Assembly: GCA_964016885.1 (NCBI GenBank)
Contig: OZ024743.1
Span: 97,216,001-97,280,000, forward strand
Length of the DNA: 64,000 bases
Direction: 5' to 3'
Origin: Eledone cirrhosa
Taxonomy: Eukaryota
Notes under the pieces: model-generated
Told to the model about the DNA's origin: nothing
Databases searched by the model: none
What the model saw: the letters and a program-made list of their open reading frames with translations, nothing else
Program-made: the position numbers and the translations under genes
Part shown: positions 11,746 through 27,729 of the stretch, one piece after another
Position numbering within the stretch: position 1 is the stretch's first letter
How the letters are laid out: every line of letters begins with the position of its first letter

Positions 11746-12914
11746 ATATATAACATATGTACATACGTGAGTGTGTGTGTGTATGTGTTTTATATGTTAT
11801 ATATATTCTAGATGTATATATACATAAAACACACACACGCACACATACACACACACACACAAATATATGAAGAGAAGTGTGTAGGAACCACGTATACACA
11901 CACGCACAGGCGTGAGCGTGGTTTCTTTTTTTAAATAAATATGTACATATGTTTCACTCTTTATACATTGAATGACTAAATGCCTGCAGAAAGGTATGCC
12001 AGTATAGATAAGAATATATGTAAAGTTGAGAGATTCTTTACGTATGTGATGACAGAGGAAAAACCAGATGAGAATAAATGTTTGCGAACGTGTGCATTTA
12101 TGAATCTGCACATGTATTATGTCAAGGGTGAGCGTCGGGAACGGGTGGATTATGAGAGATAGTGTGAGGAGACGTTAAGATAACACGAACAGAACTAAAA
12201 ACACAATCATTTTGTTGCAATCAATGACATTACTGTTGGCATTATGTTTACCCAAATATTTAAATAAATGGATATTTTTTCCTCTTTTCGTTTATTGGCT
12301 CGATTTTTCGTTTAACTGTTACTTTCAGACTAAAACGTACAGAGACACAGGCACACATTCACACACATTCATGCGCACATACACACACACTCATGCACAC
12401 ACGCACGCACACACACACATACACATGCACATTCATGCGCACTCACACACGTACACGCACGTACACACACACACTCATACATATGCACATTCACGCGCAC
12501 GCACAGTCGCATACACACACACACACGCGCGCACGTACAAACAAATAGACACACACACACATTCAGACACACACTCACAGATGTACATACACACACACAC
12601 ACACCCCTCTCTTCTCTCACTTTCACCCCAGAAACCATATATATATATACAGACATGCACACGCACACGCACACTCACACACACACACACACACACCCTT
12701 CTGACTCCCACCCCAGAAACCATATACAGCTAGTATATGTAGTGAAAACATAAAGTATTGAACACTTGGTTACCTTCTAGTGATCTTTCCCTCCATTTTC
12801 TCACAACCGACTAACGAGCTGCTTTGTCAGCTTTCTTTACAAATATTCCTTTTCTCAAATCCTTCAGCTGACATAGGACATGGTTATTATTATAATAATA
12901 ATACTAATAATGAT

Positions 12915-13580
12915 GATGATGGTGGTGGTGATGGTGGTGGTGGTGGTGGTGGTGGTAGTGGTGGTGGTGGTGGTGGTGGTGGTGGTGGTAGTGGTGGTAG
13001 TGGTAGTGGTGGTGGTAGTGGTGGTGGTGGTGGTGAAGGTGGTGGTGGTGGTGGTGAAGGTTGTGGTGGTAGTGGTAGTGAAGGTGTGTTGGTAGTGGTG
13101 GTGGTAGTGGTGGTAGTGGTGGTGTTGGCGGTGGTGGTGCTGATGGTGGTGGTAGTGGTGGTGATGGTGGCGGTGGTGGCAGTGGTGGTGGTAGTGTTGG
13201 TGGTGGCAGTAGTCGTGGTGGTGGTGGTGGTGGTGGTGGTGGTGGTGGTGGTGGTGGTGGTGGTGGTAGTGGTGGCGGTGGTAGTAGCGGTGGTGGTGGC
13301 GGAAGTGATGATGGTGGTGGTGGTGATAATGGTGATGTTGGTGGTGGTGGTGGTAGTGGTGGCGGTGGTAGTGGTGGCGGTGGTGGTGGTGGTGGTAGTG
13401 ATAATGGTGATGTTGGTGGTGGTGGTGGTGGTAGTGGTGGCGGTGTTAGTGGCGATGGTGGTGGTGATAATGGTGATGTTGGTGGTGGTAGTGGCGGTGG
13501 TGGTGATGATAATGGTGATGTTGGTGGTAGTGGTGGTGGTGGTGGTAGAGGTTGGTGGTGGTGGTGGTGGTGGTGTTGAT
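12915..13580. repeat. Degenerate (GGT)n trinucleotide tract
   Basis: ~660 bp of GGT/AGT/GAT triplets. Confidence 0.95.
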
Positions 13581-13853
13581 TATGAGGAGGAGGTGGAAGA
13601 TAGTGTCAGTATGGTGGGTGACTGTGGTAGTCGTAGTGGTGATAATGTGCAGGAGGACAACGACACAACAGCAAGGGCGACAACCACCGCGTGAGCTTAC
13701 ACACACATATATCAGTGCGTCGTGTGTGTAATTATATATATATGTGTGTGTGTATGTGTGGAGAGATAATGAGAGGTGGAGAGAAAGTTATTGCGATAGA
13801 CAGAGAGACAGACAGACAGGTAGACATACATACATACATGCAGACAGACAGAC

Positions 13854-13887
<34 letters not shown>

Positions 13888-14178
13888 ATTTCTTTATTAG
13901 CCACAAGGTCACAAAAGAAGGGGACAAATACAAATGGGGAGTTTACATACAGGTATATGAAAATAAAACTATTAATAAAATAACAAATAACAATTGATAT
14001 CCCCAATAGTGGGGAGGCGTTACACAGGGGTTGTACACACCCCGAAAAAATGTACAACCCTCATCTCCAGGAGCACCAAGAGTGAGTACTCCCTTCCTCT
14101 CTTCCTCTTTTTCCTCAACCTACAGGCTTATATAGAGAGAAGGCCCAACCACTCGGGCCATCTTTGCCACATTCACCC

Positions 14179-14288
<110 letters not shown>

Positions 14289-15590
14289 TAGATAGATAGA
14301 TAGATCGATGCACACATGTATTATTCTTCAACATTTCTCGATTTGACATTTTTATTTTTCATTCAGCCGTTTACTTGTTCCAAAGAGAGAGAACTAGAGA
14401 AGAAACATAGCTTAGATCTTTGAAAAGTGTGATCATTATTTAGTATTGCATGATGTACAGACTTTGGTAACAGGTTGAAATGGAAGTGATTTTGTTTGAG
14501 ATGAGAACAGAGACAGCGAGAAAGAGTAGAAAGGTCAACATGTGTAGAATAGAGGAAAATAAATACATAGATAAATAAGGGGGAAAATAGATATAAATTC
14601 AAACAAAATAAAGTAAACACGAAGACAATTGAAACAAGACACTAGTTACTTATTAGTACGATATATAGGAGTAAGTTTCCTTTTCTCTCCTCCTACTCAA
14701 ACTCCTGCAATACCCCCACCTCTGTCTATGTTATTCTTCTTTTGAAAGAGTTGATGGTAAAATGTCCTGTCGAACGAATAAAGTGCAACTAATGAGAGTG
14801 ACATTTACCGCTTACCATTCTCACAACAACTACGCCACAGCAACAACAACAACAGTCTACTAATACAGTTTCTTCTTCTTCTTCCTCTACTTCGTCTTCT
14901 TCTTCTTCTTCTTCTTCTTGAAGAAGAAGAAGAAGAAGAAGAAGAAGAAAACAACAACAACAATAACAACACCAACAACATACTGTTGGTAAATCGAACC
15001 AATACCTTACAATGGAATAAACACTAGATTAACACTAGCTTCGTTTCTTCGAAAATGTAGTATTCAGCCATTATATTCCTGCATCTATTAAATACATGTA
15101 GAATACTATTAGTTCATGGATCATGATTTCGAATCTGCTGCGGGTGATGTTTCGTTGTGGTTGTGCGCAGGATATAATTTTTTTTCTTATTTTTAATATT
15201 GCATTAACTCAGCTTCTTCTGGGAAATAGATAAACAGATTGACTTGGAGAACATATCGTAAGGTCAAAAAAGCAGACCACCCGTTGATAGAAACTGGAAA
15301 ACCTAGAAACAGAACTAATGCAACTGACTGTTTATTACTATAGTGTGCGGCTGATTAAAAATTTATATTAAAAAAAAATCCAACAGAATAGGATAAAAAC
15401 AAAAAATAAATGAATCCTCCGTCGGTTTTTGCGATGACTATTCAGTTTTTTATCAATAAAACTACTTACTAACTGATTTTCAGTGTAAGTGCTTGAACTA
15501 TACGTGAGCACTTATAACTTGAAAATAATCACCGTGCGAAGTAGACAGAAAAACGTCTCTAATTAAACACATTTAGGACACAAGGGAGAG

Positions 15591-15705
<115 letters not shown>

Positions 15706-15761
15706 AATATATATAATAAAATAAATATGGTTTTATACATGTAGAGCGACATTTTCTTTTT

Positions 15762-15805
<44 letters not shown>

Positions 15806-15838
15806 GTGTATATATATATGTATATATATATATATAAG

Positions 15839-15994
<156 letters not shown>

Positions 15995-16228
15995 TATATG
16001 TATATATATATATATATCTCTCTCTCTCTATATATATATATATATAATAATCCTGATTTATTATTACCCCAAGTGTTTACAACATAGGAATTACAGCGTA
16101 CTCGCAGCATCACTATGAAAACGCCTTGTTGAGTCAAACTTAGCCAAGCGTTCATATCATCCACTACCCGGAATACCATAACTGGACTACACCTAAGTGG
16201 ACTGCATATAACTATTATTTGTTACCCC

Positions 16229-16385
<157 letters not shown>

Positions 16386-16419
16386 CACATATATATATAT
16401 ACACATTTATATACACATC

Positions 16420-16778
16420 AATATATACACATCAAACAAAACACTATACACAGAGGCAAACGCATGCGCAAAGAAGACAATAAATAAATAAATAAACAAA
16501 TAAACAGACTAAATATAGATGGCGTCGTCATACAATACAACGGGAGGAAACATAATAGCACCACTGACGATGTTGCAGATGTGCTAAGAAAGAACTTTGT
16601 TAGACTATATATATGTGTTTGTGTCTATATTGTATCTGTATTTTTGACCGTTGGTCAGTCAATGGTAACATTGAGGACCGAATAAATTAAATTACCGATA
16701 TAAAAGACACAGAAGCGAAAACCAACCAAACAATGAGTGTGTTCTGTTATTAATTCTGGCAATATGACCCGCCCCAAG

Positions 16779-16780
<2 letters not shown>
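16420..16780 (+). mobile_element. Solo pLTR related to PLE 3, with degenerate HHR
   Basis: CUGACGA..GAAAGAACUUUG at 16564-16599, and terminus GGCAATATGACCCGCCCCAAGTATA matching 44263-44287. Confidence 0.7.
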
Positions 16781-16810
<30 letters not shown>

Positions 16811-16880
16811 AAGTAAGTTGATTTTTAATTTTTAAAATTTTCTTATTTTACGTCTTTCATATATCTATCTATCTATCTAT

Positions 16881-17070
16881 CTAAGGCGGGTAAAATTCCC
16901 GAGATCCATGGACGAGTTCTCTCCAGCGGTCTCTGTCCCTCATTATCGCTGCCATATCCTGCATCTCCAACAGACCAGTGTCTGTCCTTAGAGCATCAAC
17001 ATATGTTAACCTTGGTCTTCCTCTTCTAGTGTGTCCATGTAGGGGCTCCCAAAGGAGCACTGAGTGCAAT
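16881..17070 (-). mobile_element. RTE-clade LINE 3' fragment
   Basis: LHSVLLWEPLHGHTRRGRPRLTYVDAL; highly similar to 34970-35160. Confidence 0.85.
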
Positions 17071-17331
17071 GTGTATATATATATATATGCATACAGAGAC
17101 GTATATGTTTGCATAAATATATATATAAATATATATATATATATGTTTGCATATATATATATGATAGTGAGTAAAATTGAAGTTATAGCTGCGGTTAGCA
17201 TTTTTCGAAATCAATCTTCAAAAGCAGGCACGAAGCGCTAAATGAGATGATATCGATAAATCGATAAATTATAGCTCAGAGTAATAACACTGAAAATTGC
17301 AGCAGGGAAGACTATATTTGTGCGTATATAC

Positions 17332-17439
<108 letters not shown>

Positions 17440-17614
17440 AAGAAGATGTGGTAAGATACCAAGTGGTCCAAAGCGCACCAGAGTACTCGATATGTAGGGT
17501 AGTAGAGTGGGTAATAGGAAAATAGTCAAGGGTCCTGACTATTTTCCTATATATATATATATATTTATACATATAGAATTCATAAGAATCAAAGCTATGT
17601 TCAAAGCATTTATT

Positions 17615-17661
17615 CACTTACAATTGTTTCATCCAAACCTAGGCTTGGTGTCTTCGGAGCA
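17615..17661 (-). ncRNA. Minimal type I HHR, C4 variant (left arm)
   Basis: Reverse complement of 19501-19547. Confidence 0.7.
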
Positions 17662-19500
17662 TTTTTCAATGTTTGTACACATAATTGACCTCCTTTCCAA
17701 CGCAAGAGACATACAGACACACATATATATATATTGATGTACAGTGGAGTGGCATATATTATATTATACTATTTTTATACAGCAATTCAAATTCAAAATC
17801 AAAATCTAAATCAAAATTAAAATACATTCGGCAGATAACACAGATAATGCAAGAGGATAGTTTGATAGTTAGGTCTAGTAGGTAGTGTATGCGTTAGTTA
17901 CACGTGGAGCATGCAAGAGTGTCTCATTTTTATACTATTATTGTGTAGCAGGGTGTTACACTTAATGCAAGCACTTTAAACCCAATATATATCAATGTCG
18001 GACTTGAACCCATGACCACTTCTAACACCACACCTCAAGGGCACACATTACACCACAACTCCACACTCTCTGATCCACCCTATCTCGACACAAATCATTC
18101 CATCTACCTATAACTTTATACCCTAGAAATATCCCCATAAACACCTACTTTTAATATAACTACTTTCAATTACTTATAATTATATAATGATACAATACAG
18201 TCTATATAAACTTTAAATACTAGATACGGCAATGAATTATTTATGCATTTGTAATTAAATGTATGGAGTGATAACATTGGATATATATAAGATTAATTTA
18301 TTAACATAAGAGATCTGTCTAACTTATATGTAGGGTACTGCAATATATATGAATTATATATGAATTATATATGAATTATATATGCAAGTATAACTTGATG
18401 AATAGATTAATGACATTGTAAATGAGGGATGTATTTGTCTGCCCTAGAAATGTATTTTGTTTTGCCATGCAAACAGCCATACGCTGCTCCATAACTTGCC
18501 AGGGGTTATGTAGACAAAATTCTAATAGGTCCCCTGATATGTTCTAAAAGTAGACTGCATTTAGAGTAAAGTTTGATATAAAGGTATAGCACTTTGTATG
18601 GAATATTCAATTTTAGCACTATATAATAGAGAGTAATCAACTTAATATAGATACCTTTAGTACATCATGATAGAGTAGACTGTATTTAAAATTGGAAACT
18701 AGATATAAATATATAACCGTCTATATAACGGACTCAATTGAGGCGCCTTATAATGTATGTTAGAACAATGAATTTAGTTATGAGATTCGGCTAGTTACCT
18801 CCCCTTACGTATTAACTCCCCTTAATTACACACATACTTCCGGGTAATAAACCGCTGTAAATTCTCGCAGCAGAATCAACCTATTCTATAAACTTGGATT
18901 AAATAACACTGAGCCTCAATACGCTAAAATAATTTATTTTAATGCATCAAACATTCAATACGGAATCATCGTTACTTATATGATGGATGTAGAAACTATA
19001 TCTTACTTTTTCTGAATGTGAAAATGATGGTGGATACGAAAACCATAACTTTCTTTTGCTTCTTCTTTTTATTTTATACAAAATACTTTTTTGTTCTATA
19101 CAAAAAATACCTTACCACTACAACCTCCATAATAATCTTGCTTACCCGCTTAAAGTGCTTGCATTAAGTGTAACACCCTGCCACACAATAATCGTATATA
19201 AATGAGGCACACTTGCATGCTCCACGTGTAACTAACGCATACACTACCTACTAGACCTGACTATCAAACTATCCTCTTGCATTATCTGTGTTATCTGCCG
19301 AATGTATTTTAATTTTGATTTTTATTTTAATTTTGATTTTGTTTTAATTTTAAATTTGATTTTAATTTTGAATTTGAATTGCTGTATAGAAATAGTATAG
19401 TATAATATATGCCACTCCACTGTACATCAATATATACATATATATCTGTATGTCTCTTGCGCTGGAAAGGAGGTCAATTATGTGTACAAACATTGAAAAA

Positions 19501-19547
19501 TGCTCCGAAGACACCAAGCCTAGGTTTGGATGAAACAATTGTAAGTG
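19501..19547 (+). ncRNA. Minimal type I HHR, C4 variant (right arm)
   Basis: UGCU-CCGAAGA-CACCAAGCCUAGGUUUGGAU-GAAAC-AAUU-GUA-AGUG. Confidence 0.7.
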
Positions 19548-19755
19548 AATAAATGCTTTGAACATAGCTTTGATTATTGTGAATTCTATATAACTGCTCT
19601 GTAGAACAACTGTTGTTATTACATTGAGCTATTTATCTTACTGGTAATAAGATAGTAATAAATTACTGACCTTCACTGTTTAGGGTTTAAAATATACATA
19701 ACTATAAAAAGTTTTAATATATACATAACCATAAATAGTATCCCTAATATTATAA

Positions 19756-20078
<323 letters not shown>

Positions 20079-20140
20079 ATGTAATTCCAAAGGAAAAGCA
20101 AAGGAAAAAAGAGTGCTCTATGTATAGAATCGAGCTATTT

Positions 20141-20346
20141 AATTAGAAAGTGAACAACACAAAATATAACTACTCCATTACCGAAGGTTTCTGGATCACA
20201 GATAATAATACATTCGTCTGGATCGTTCGTCAGACAGAGATATATATAACATCTCTGTCTGACGACCGATCCAGACGTATATATTATCGTCTGTGACCCA
20301 GAAACCTTTTGTAATGGAGTAGTTAAATTGTGTGTTGTTCACTCTC

Positions 20347-20351
<5 letters not shown>
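20141..20351. mobile_element. 210-bp palindrome made of two divergent HHRs
   Basis: HHR at 20254-20318 (+): UCUGU-CUGACGA...GAAAC-CUUUU-GUA-AUGGA. Mirror HHR at 20174-20238 (-) has GAAAC-CUUCG-GUA. Confidence 0.8.
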
Positions 20352-20441
<90 letters not shown>

Positions 20442-20442
20442 G

Positions 20443-20512
<70 letters not shown>

Positions 20513-20579
20513 AAATTTATATAAAATTTGTATAAAATTTATATGAAATTTATATAAAATTTGCTCCAGACGAAACACC

Positions 20580-20670
20580 CGTGTCTGAAAGAACCCGCAG
20601 AAGAAGAATCAGCCAGATCCATACAAGGACCATGTCTCGAGCTACCTGCCGGCGAAACAATTGTAACACG
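20580..20670 (+). ncRNA. Type I HHR with long stem II and one extra core A
   Basis: CGUGU-CUGAAAGA-ACCCGCAG...CUGCCGGC-GAAAC-AAUU-GUA-ACACG. Confidence 0.7.
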
Positions 20671-20715
20671 AAATAAATTAAGTCTAGATGCATCACTGAT
20701 TTTTCGTTTTCTTTA

Positions 20716-20765
<50 letters not shown>

Positions 20766-21505
20766 GTACATACGCACATATATAGTCCAAGGTAAAAAAG
20801 AAAAGATAAACACGGTGAACAATTACAAAAGAATATTATTAGTTTAACTCTTAAGCTAATAGGAAGAAGAAAAAAAGGGTCTTCAACATATTAGACATGA
20901 GTCCATCATAAGGAAATATTGGAGGTAGGTGGGAGAAAAAGTAGGAGGAGGAGAAAAGACGAAAATACTCAACAAGGTGGGGGCTTATCTTGAGAGGTAA
21001 AATGGACAAGCATGCAGGGGTCTATGTTGTTGGTGTCTCACCGCCTGGTTCTGTCAGTGGGGGTGGTATGTGTGTGCAGTTGAGGTGCATCGTGCGAGCG
21101 AATTACTCTCTTCCAAGTCTGTGTCTGTTTTTACGCGTGTGTCGGTCTAAATGCGTATTTATGCATGCATTAGATGTGTGTTAGTGTGTGTGGTTGTGTG
21201 TTTGTGTGTGTGTGCGAGTTACTTTTTGTGTGTGTGTATCAGTCGTAGCAAGCATAGTGGTTATCGCGCGTGTGTTATGTTTGCATCATGGAATGTGCCT
21301 AGAATTTTGTATGTCTACGCGAGTATGTTTTTGGGTGTATGTTTATGCTGCGCATGTGCGATTTGTTGCACTGGGGGCGTCACAAAGTATGTAGGCTTTC
21401 GTGTGTGTGTGTGTGTATGTGTAAACTTAATGAAATTTGTAGGCTTTGCATTGAGAAGGGTTGAGTGGTAAACCAGGACATTTTCGTGAAATATATAAAC
21501 TGACT

Positions 21506-21700
21506 AATAATTGTTTCTACTTTTGGCACAAGGCCAAGGCCAGCAATTATCCCAATGTATTACTGGTACTTTATTTTATCGACCCTGTAAGGATGAAAGG
21601 CAAAGTTAACCTCGGCTGGATTTGAACTCAGACCGTAATGGGACGTAACTATGCTAGAAAGCATGGCGCCCAACCCTCTACTGTTACTGCCAATTCACCG
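21506..21700 (-). mobile_element. tRNA-derived SINE
   Basis: Same family as 10498-10677, reverse strand. Confidence 0.9.
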
Positions 21701-22409
21701 TTCTTTAAACTGACTTATAATAAACTGTATTACTCTTACATATGTGATTCAGGATTATGTTGGAATATGTATATTGCGCTTTATGTGTGTAAATGTGGGA
21801 GTCTTGAATGTATGTTGTTCATATGTATGGTTAGATAACTATCATTTAATCAAACGTATCAAAATGGATATTAGAGATATACTCAGATACGTACATGAAA
21901 CCAAGGAATTCATTTAAATATATAGTTACCTAACCACACATACACACATATGCATATATGCTTATGAAGTAACACCTGAAATAGTACCTGTATTTGCATC
22001 AAATAACACCTGAAATGATAGCCCCTTCAAACCACACCAATATCATCATAAAAAATTGAGGAAACCATTTGATAATAGTCGTATGTATGACTAATAGATG
22101 ATATTGATACGATTGAAGCGTTTTTGACATTAGGTCAGCCTGATCAAGTTTGAGCAGCAGCAAACAGTTAAAGAGAATGCTCCACATATTGAGCCTTTAC
22201 CAAATGCCTGGAAATAACAGTCCAATCTCCCTCAATTCAGGCCTTACCTTCTTAAAAGAAGAAATAATATATAGAAAACGTGGCTAGTTAAAGAATATAT
22301 GACCATATGGTCTTCGAACATCTATGACCATAGGTCTGAATTATCAGGGTAGACCTGAAGTTAAACAATGATAATTTGTTGTGACATTTTAAATAAAGAT
22401 TTGTAATTT

Positions 22410-22610
22410 AGGCAGAACGCCAGTAGTTTGGGGGAGGGGAAATGGATTAAATCGACCGCAGTCCTTGATTATTACTTTATTATTTTCGGTCCCAGAATGA
22501 TGGCAGGTAAAGTTAACCTCGGCGTCATTTGAACTCAGAATGTAAAGAGCAAAACAAATGCGCAAAGCAGTTTGTCCAACTTTATAACGATTCGGTTAAT
22601 CCACCACCCT
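22410..22610 (-). mobile_element. Diverged SINE (older subfamily)
   Basis: AAAGTTAACCTCGGCGTCATTTGAACTCAGAATG core. Confidence 0.65.
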
Positions 22611-23141
22611 TAGCTAAACAAAGATAATATTAACAGGTAGAAGACTACAAGGGAACTTCTCTCAAGTCACAACGCTTACTAGAATGTATTTGATCAGGGC
22701 ATAGTTATTCATGATGAGGGTAGTCTTGTGGAAGGAATAGCAATAACAACACTAACAACATTACCATCACCACCAAAGGCATTAGCAAAAGTGGACACAA
22801 GCAACTGATATATCAGATAAAGTAAAATTGAATCAATGTACTTAATATTTACAGGAAGTACTGTATTAACACAAAAAGAAGATACTCACTGAGATAGCTT
22901 AATCTGATGAAAAACGTATAAATATTATGGCTACAATATATCGATATATGATAATATTGATATATTCCATATTTTGATGTTAACAGATAATATACATTTA
23001 TATAAGTTATGTTATTTAGACAAACTCATATAATTAAGTATAGGAATTCGTAAAAACGCACACATGTATACATACAATCGTACGCAATCTCACATACACA
23101 AGTTATCTCTGATACACATATAGAGATATGTGTGTTTATGC

Positions 23142-23220
<79 letters not shown>

Positions 23221-23288
23221 TATATATGAAAGGATAATGGTGCATTAAACTTTATATATTACCAATATTCACCTGTCTATGATTAAAG

Positions 23289-23352
<64 letters not shown>

Positions 23353-25885
23353 TCTGTATTTTCTGTATTTTACTAAAACCGCTAATGCAGTCCGTGTAAA
23401 TACTGTTGATATTTTTTATAGTCTTTCAGAATATCCAAATGTCGGCTAATCAAGTTGAGCTCTTAATTTGACAATGAGCCATTTCACTAGGTTTGTTTTT
23501 GCTTATTAGCCTATGATAAGCCATTATGTAGCAGTCCTTTTAGCAAATATTTTACAGTCAGTGTTATCTCATCTCCTTGTAAATCAGGAACTACAGTCTT
23601 CAGTGTGATTTGAGTGATAGTTGGCTGCTATTGTACTTCATTTTCTACGGCATTTTTCTGTTTTATGACACGAAGTAGTAGCTGTCTACTAAGAGAAATA
23701 GCTGACAAATTACAAAATTTTAAATAGAAATTATAGTGATTTAAATGCAATTGGAATTATAAAGCTAGAAACATCGGTTTTCCTGAATTTGCTGCACTAA
23801 TAACAAGTTCTTTGTAAATCACAGATATTATAATCAAGTTAATGGTGATATAAAGTCTAGTACAAGAAAAATATGTCAAGTGATTGTGTTTTTAAGTAGA
23901 AGAACGGAAGGGAGACTCGTTATTCGTTGTTTCATGCCTGACTGAATACTGAACGAGAAATGTCAAATAAAAGAAGAAAAAAAAAACACACAGGTTAAAA
24001 GCGATGAAATAATTGAAGAGTAAGAAACGAAAATTTGAAATAATTATTGATATTTTTAAAAAGAGATGTACTTGAATTTTGTAATTCTCAAGAGAGTAGA
24101 ATCGTACTGTTTCGAGAACTTTAGTATATTATCGAAGGACTGAATATCTATATTTGTCAATAGATATTCTTAATAAGTTTCTTCGTTTGTCTTAACACTA
24201 ATTTTCACGAGTTTTGTTGCTGCAAACGATCGACAAAACTCAGTAGTTTAACAAAAAATACGGTACCCTGATAGAAATGATAATATCTAGCAATCTAGGG
24301 TAATGGCGTTCTAGTATTTTACTGGCTGGTTATTACAGAACAGGCTATGGTCTTTCAAAAATAAAACCTTATAACCTATCAGTATCAAGATAAACCATAC
24401 ATCACGTTAATACTTGAAGATCTTTGTTAGGGTATGGCAATGAAGAATGCATCAGAATTTTTCTGGGAAATTATACTAGAATAGAAAATTATGTCCTTAA
24501 ACCCACTCTTTTTGTAGGAAATATGTGAATAACAGGAAGCAACAAACAACTACTTCCATCGATCCTTGTTTGATTTTCTACTTCTGTTTCTTAATCAGAA
24601 ATGTCTTATATTGCCCTACATTTTTCTTGTTGCTTATTTAGTAGTCGCTATTCGAAAACTTCACGACGCCCCCAATCTCCTTCCATAAAATCCTCATGAT
24701 TATTGATTTTCTACTTAAGGAAAAGAAAGGAACAAATCGTCAGGTCAAACGAGGGAAACACTGTTTCCATTGGTTTCCATTTCTGTTATTATCCACTGGT
24801 CTCAACCTCTGACAGGAGGTGAGAATTGAATTGAGAAAGCACAGAACCGGACAGACACCACATGGTATCCCGTTGGAATCTTTAAACATTTCACCGAAAA
24901 ACCATCCCCAAGACTGGTACTTTAAGTATGAGGGGCAACGTTGGCCTTAGTGTGATTTGAAATTAAAGCGAGGTGAACGGAAAGAAATACCGAATGATTT
25001 AAACCGTCACGTTAACGACACGTTAGTTAAATTACCGCCTTAGTTAAATCTTGATAATTTAGTTTTTATTCACTCATTCATATTCTTTAGTATATTTAAT
25101 GACATAAATCCCTATTACCAGTTTAGCAGAAGACTCACCCGATTATCTAAGGTATGATGTTGTGTGTATAAGTACTTCCAGTGCTATGGACTTCTGTGGT
25201 AAAGAACACATTATCAGTGTCACACAATACCAGAATATTGCGTACATCTGTGAAAGTGTGACTAACTGGTTAGGGATTTCAGCTCACGGTCATAAGGCCA
25301 TCAGTTGGATTACTGGCACCCGTTGTGTGTTTGATCAAGACATTTTATTTCATTTTTCTCTAATCCCCTTGGAAAAAAATGAGTTTTGACTGCGATTCAA
25401 AGGACCATCATTGTCACACACTGGCTCACACTGATTCTACATGAGAATTGCAGTAAGAGTACAGGTTGGTGTAGTATATTGTACTATCTACACCTTAACT
25501 TCCCGAGCAGGCTGTTCCGTTGTTTGAACAACTAGAACACTCATTGTCGGACCCTATGGTGTTCCAGTACACACACATTGCGTCCATTCTTGTTATTCAC
25601 TTAAGGTTAGGAAAGAATGATAAAGCTTTGCATTCGTACAACTATTATTTAACAAGAGAATTAATTTAGGATTTCTATCGTTATTGATTGATTATCGTAG
25701 ATTTAGTTATTGTATTGCTCTGGTCTGCACAAAACCTGCCCAATAATGATACGAAATTAGCCAGTAAAATGTGCTATGGCTTCATCTTCAGTTGCTTTAT
25801 ATATGATGCTTCTTTTGTTGCCCCTGAGTGTTGTAAGGTTAATTTAAATTTGAACGTACGATTATGAATTGGCTAGCATTGGATT

Positions 25886-26062
25886 AATAATTGTTTCTAC
25901 ATTTGGCACAAGGCCAGCAATTACCCAGTACGTTACTGGTACTTTATTTTATCGACCCCGTAAGGATGAAAGGCAAAGTTAACCTCGGCAGGATTTGAAC
26001 TCAGATCGTAAGGGGACGTAACTATGCTGGAAAGCATGTCCGACCCTCTACCGATTGGCAAA
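25886..26062 (-). mobile_element. tRNA-derived SINE
   Basis: Same family core and B box. Confidence 0.9.
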
Positions 26063-27729
26063 CTACCATTCAACGATCCGCTCACGTTTAAATAAAACGT
26101 ATTGTGAAGTTGAGTTATATTTCCCATTATAACTTTCAAAAATATTATTTACACATAGAAGTACAGATGATTTGAAGAATGCGATTCCGACACTTAATAA
26201 TGTTACGTTAAGAACAGATTTACCTGTTTATATTATAGTCGAAGGTCAGTTTCACTCATCTTCATTGGCTCAAAATATTGCATTTAATTAAGATGATGAT
26301 GAAGATGTCGGCAAGGTCGATGATGATGATATCATTTATACAACAAGTATGAAAAGTAGGCACTTTAAACCACAGTCAAGAATTTCATTTCATTTACTTT
26401 TGCTTTCACTTTTTATATTTGAATGATAATCAATGATATGTCCAACAAAATTTTTTTCTTTGGAAATCTGCTTTAAAAAGGAAATCTACGTGGAAATATG
26501 ATTTTTGTTTTATTTTGATGTTACAAAATCAGACTTACTTTATTCTTCGTATGTTCATCTAGACTAGAATCAATGAGACAATAATTGTTGTGACTATTGA
26601 AGATATACGTGATTATTCATGTGTTATAGAACAAATATAATATTCAGTTTGAATGCTTTGGTAAAAGATTCCAAAATGTTGAAGAATTAAGTTGTAAAAC
26701 TAAATTTATTCTTATATAATAACATATTATAGAAATCTTAGTGGAGACAAGAGAACATATTCTTACTGTTATGTAATAGAAGACTATAACAACAGTGCTG
26801 TTAATCTATTCACTTTAGAAGATTGAATAAAGCATTTGGCATAAAATATGTCAGCCTTTAGTCATTTATGAATCGGTGCCCTGTTCTTCCTTTTAAAACT
26901 TACTTATTAGATTTTATGCAAATAGCTTTGATAAGCTTGGATGAAAATCATACTAGACGTAATTTTGAACAATTTTCTAACTGAATTCAGAAGTTATATG
27001 ACTTCAAATTGCCTATCAACATTTTATAGGTTTAGCTTCGCCGTCCAATATTCTCATAAATTTGATGCAGCGGCATTCTTGGATGGATATGATATTGGAC
27101 AGATAGTTTAATGTAGTATAATAAAGTCAAAGTCATCTGTAACCCAAAAGGCTGCATTTTAGCATAAGAAGTGTAAAAGGCATGTAATATATACTTACAT
27201 ATTGTCGACTGTCATGAAAAAGCATGTAGATAAAATTAATAATTTAATGATATTCAATGGCGCAGACGACCAAAACTTAAATATAATTATTGTGGTGCTA
27301 GAAAATGAGAGTCAAATATCCTTGGATAAGAATATTCCATATATTAGTGTGTGTAATGTCCTCATATATTAGATATTTTACATTGAGAAATGAAAAACAT
27401 GCTTATGTTATAATTACTATCACAGCTACTGTATCAATCGTATTATTGATGCAACAGTGGAGACTTGAAAACAGAAATCCTAAGAACGTAATTAATTACG
27501 CCAATAACCTTCCTTTGGCTAGGTTTTCTACAAAATCCCGCAAGACTATAGTGTTTCTGCCATTTGCAAAGTTATATAGAATCCATATGCTGTGTTTCCA
27601 ATGGCCTACATCACTTTAACGAGCTTACACATTACAACTACAAATATATAACAACGTAATATCACGTAATGTTGTATAAGGAAAAATATATCAATTTAAA
27701 AAAAAATGCACATGTCTGTTGTGGTTACG

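Larger units (their letters stand above)
17572..19590. mobile_element. Inverted-repeat element with ~410-440-bp HHR-bearing arms
   Basis: 17572-17979 is the reverse complement of 19150-19590, around a ~1.17-kb AT-rich interior. Confidence 0.85.

Noticed and set aside
12775-12870. Minus-strand exon bounded by AG/GT
   Set aside because: Stops in all three frames and no recognisable protein.
12780-13694. 304-aa Gly/Val-rich ORF
   Set aside because: Read-through of a (GGT)n tract; no domain evidence.
14025-14060. Hairpin GGGTTGTACA...TGTACAACCC as ribozyme or terminator
   Set aside because: No HHR core on either strand and no supporting context.
17980-19149. Coding remnant inside the inverted element
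   Set aside because: Only a faint minus-strand FLGQT (YIGQT-like) word near 18440; too decayed to support.
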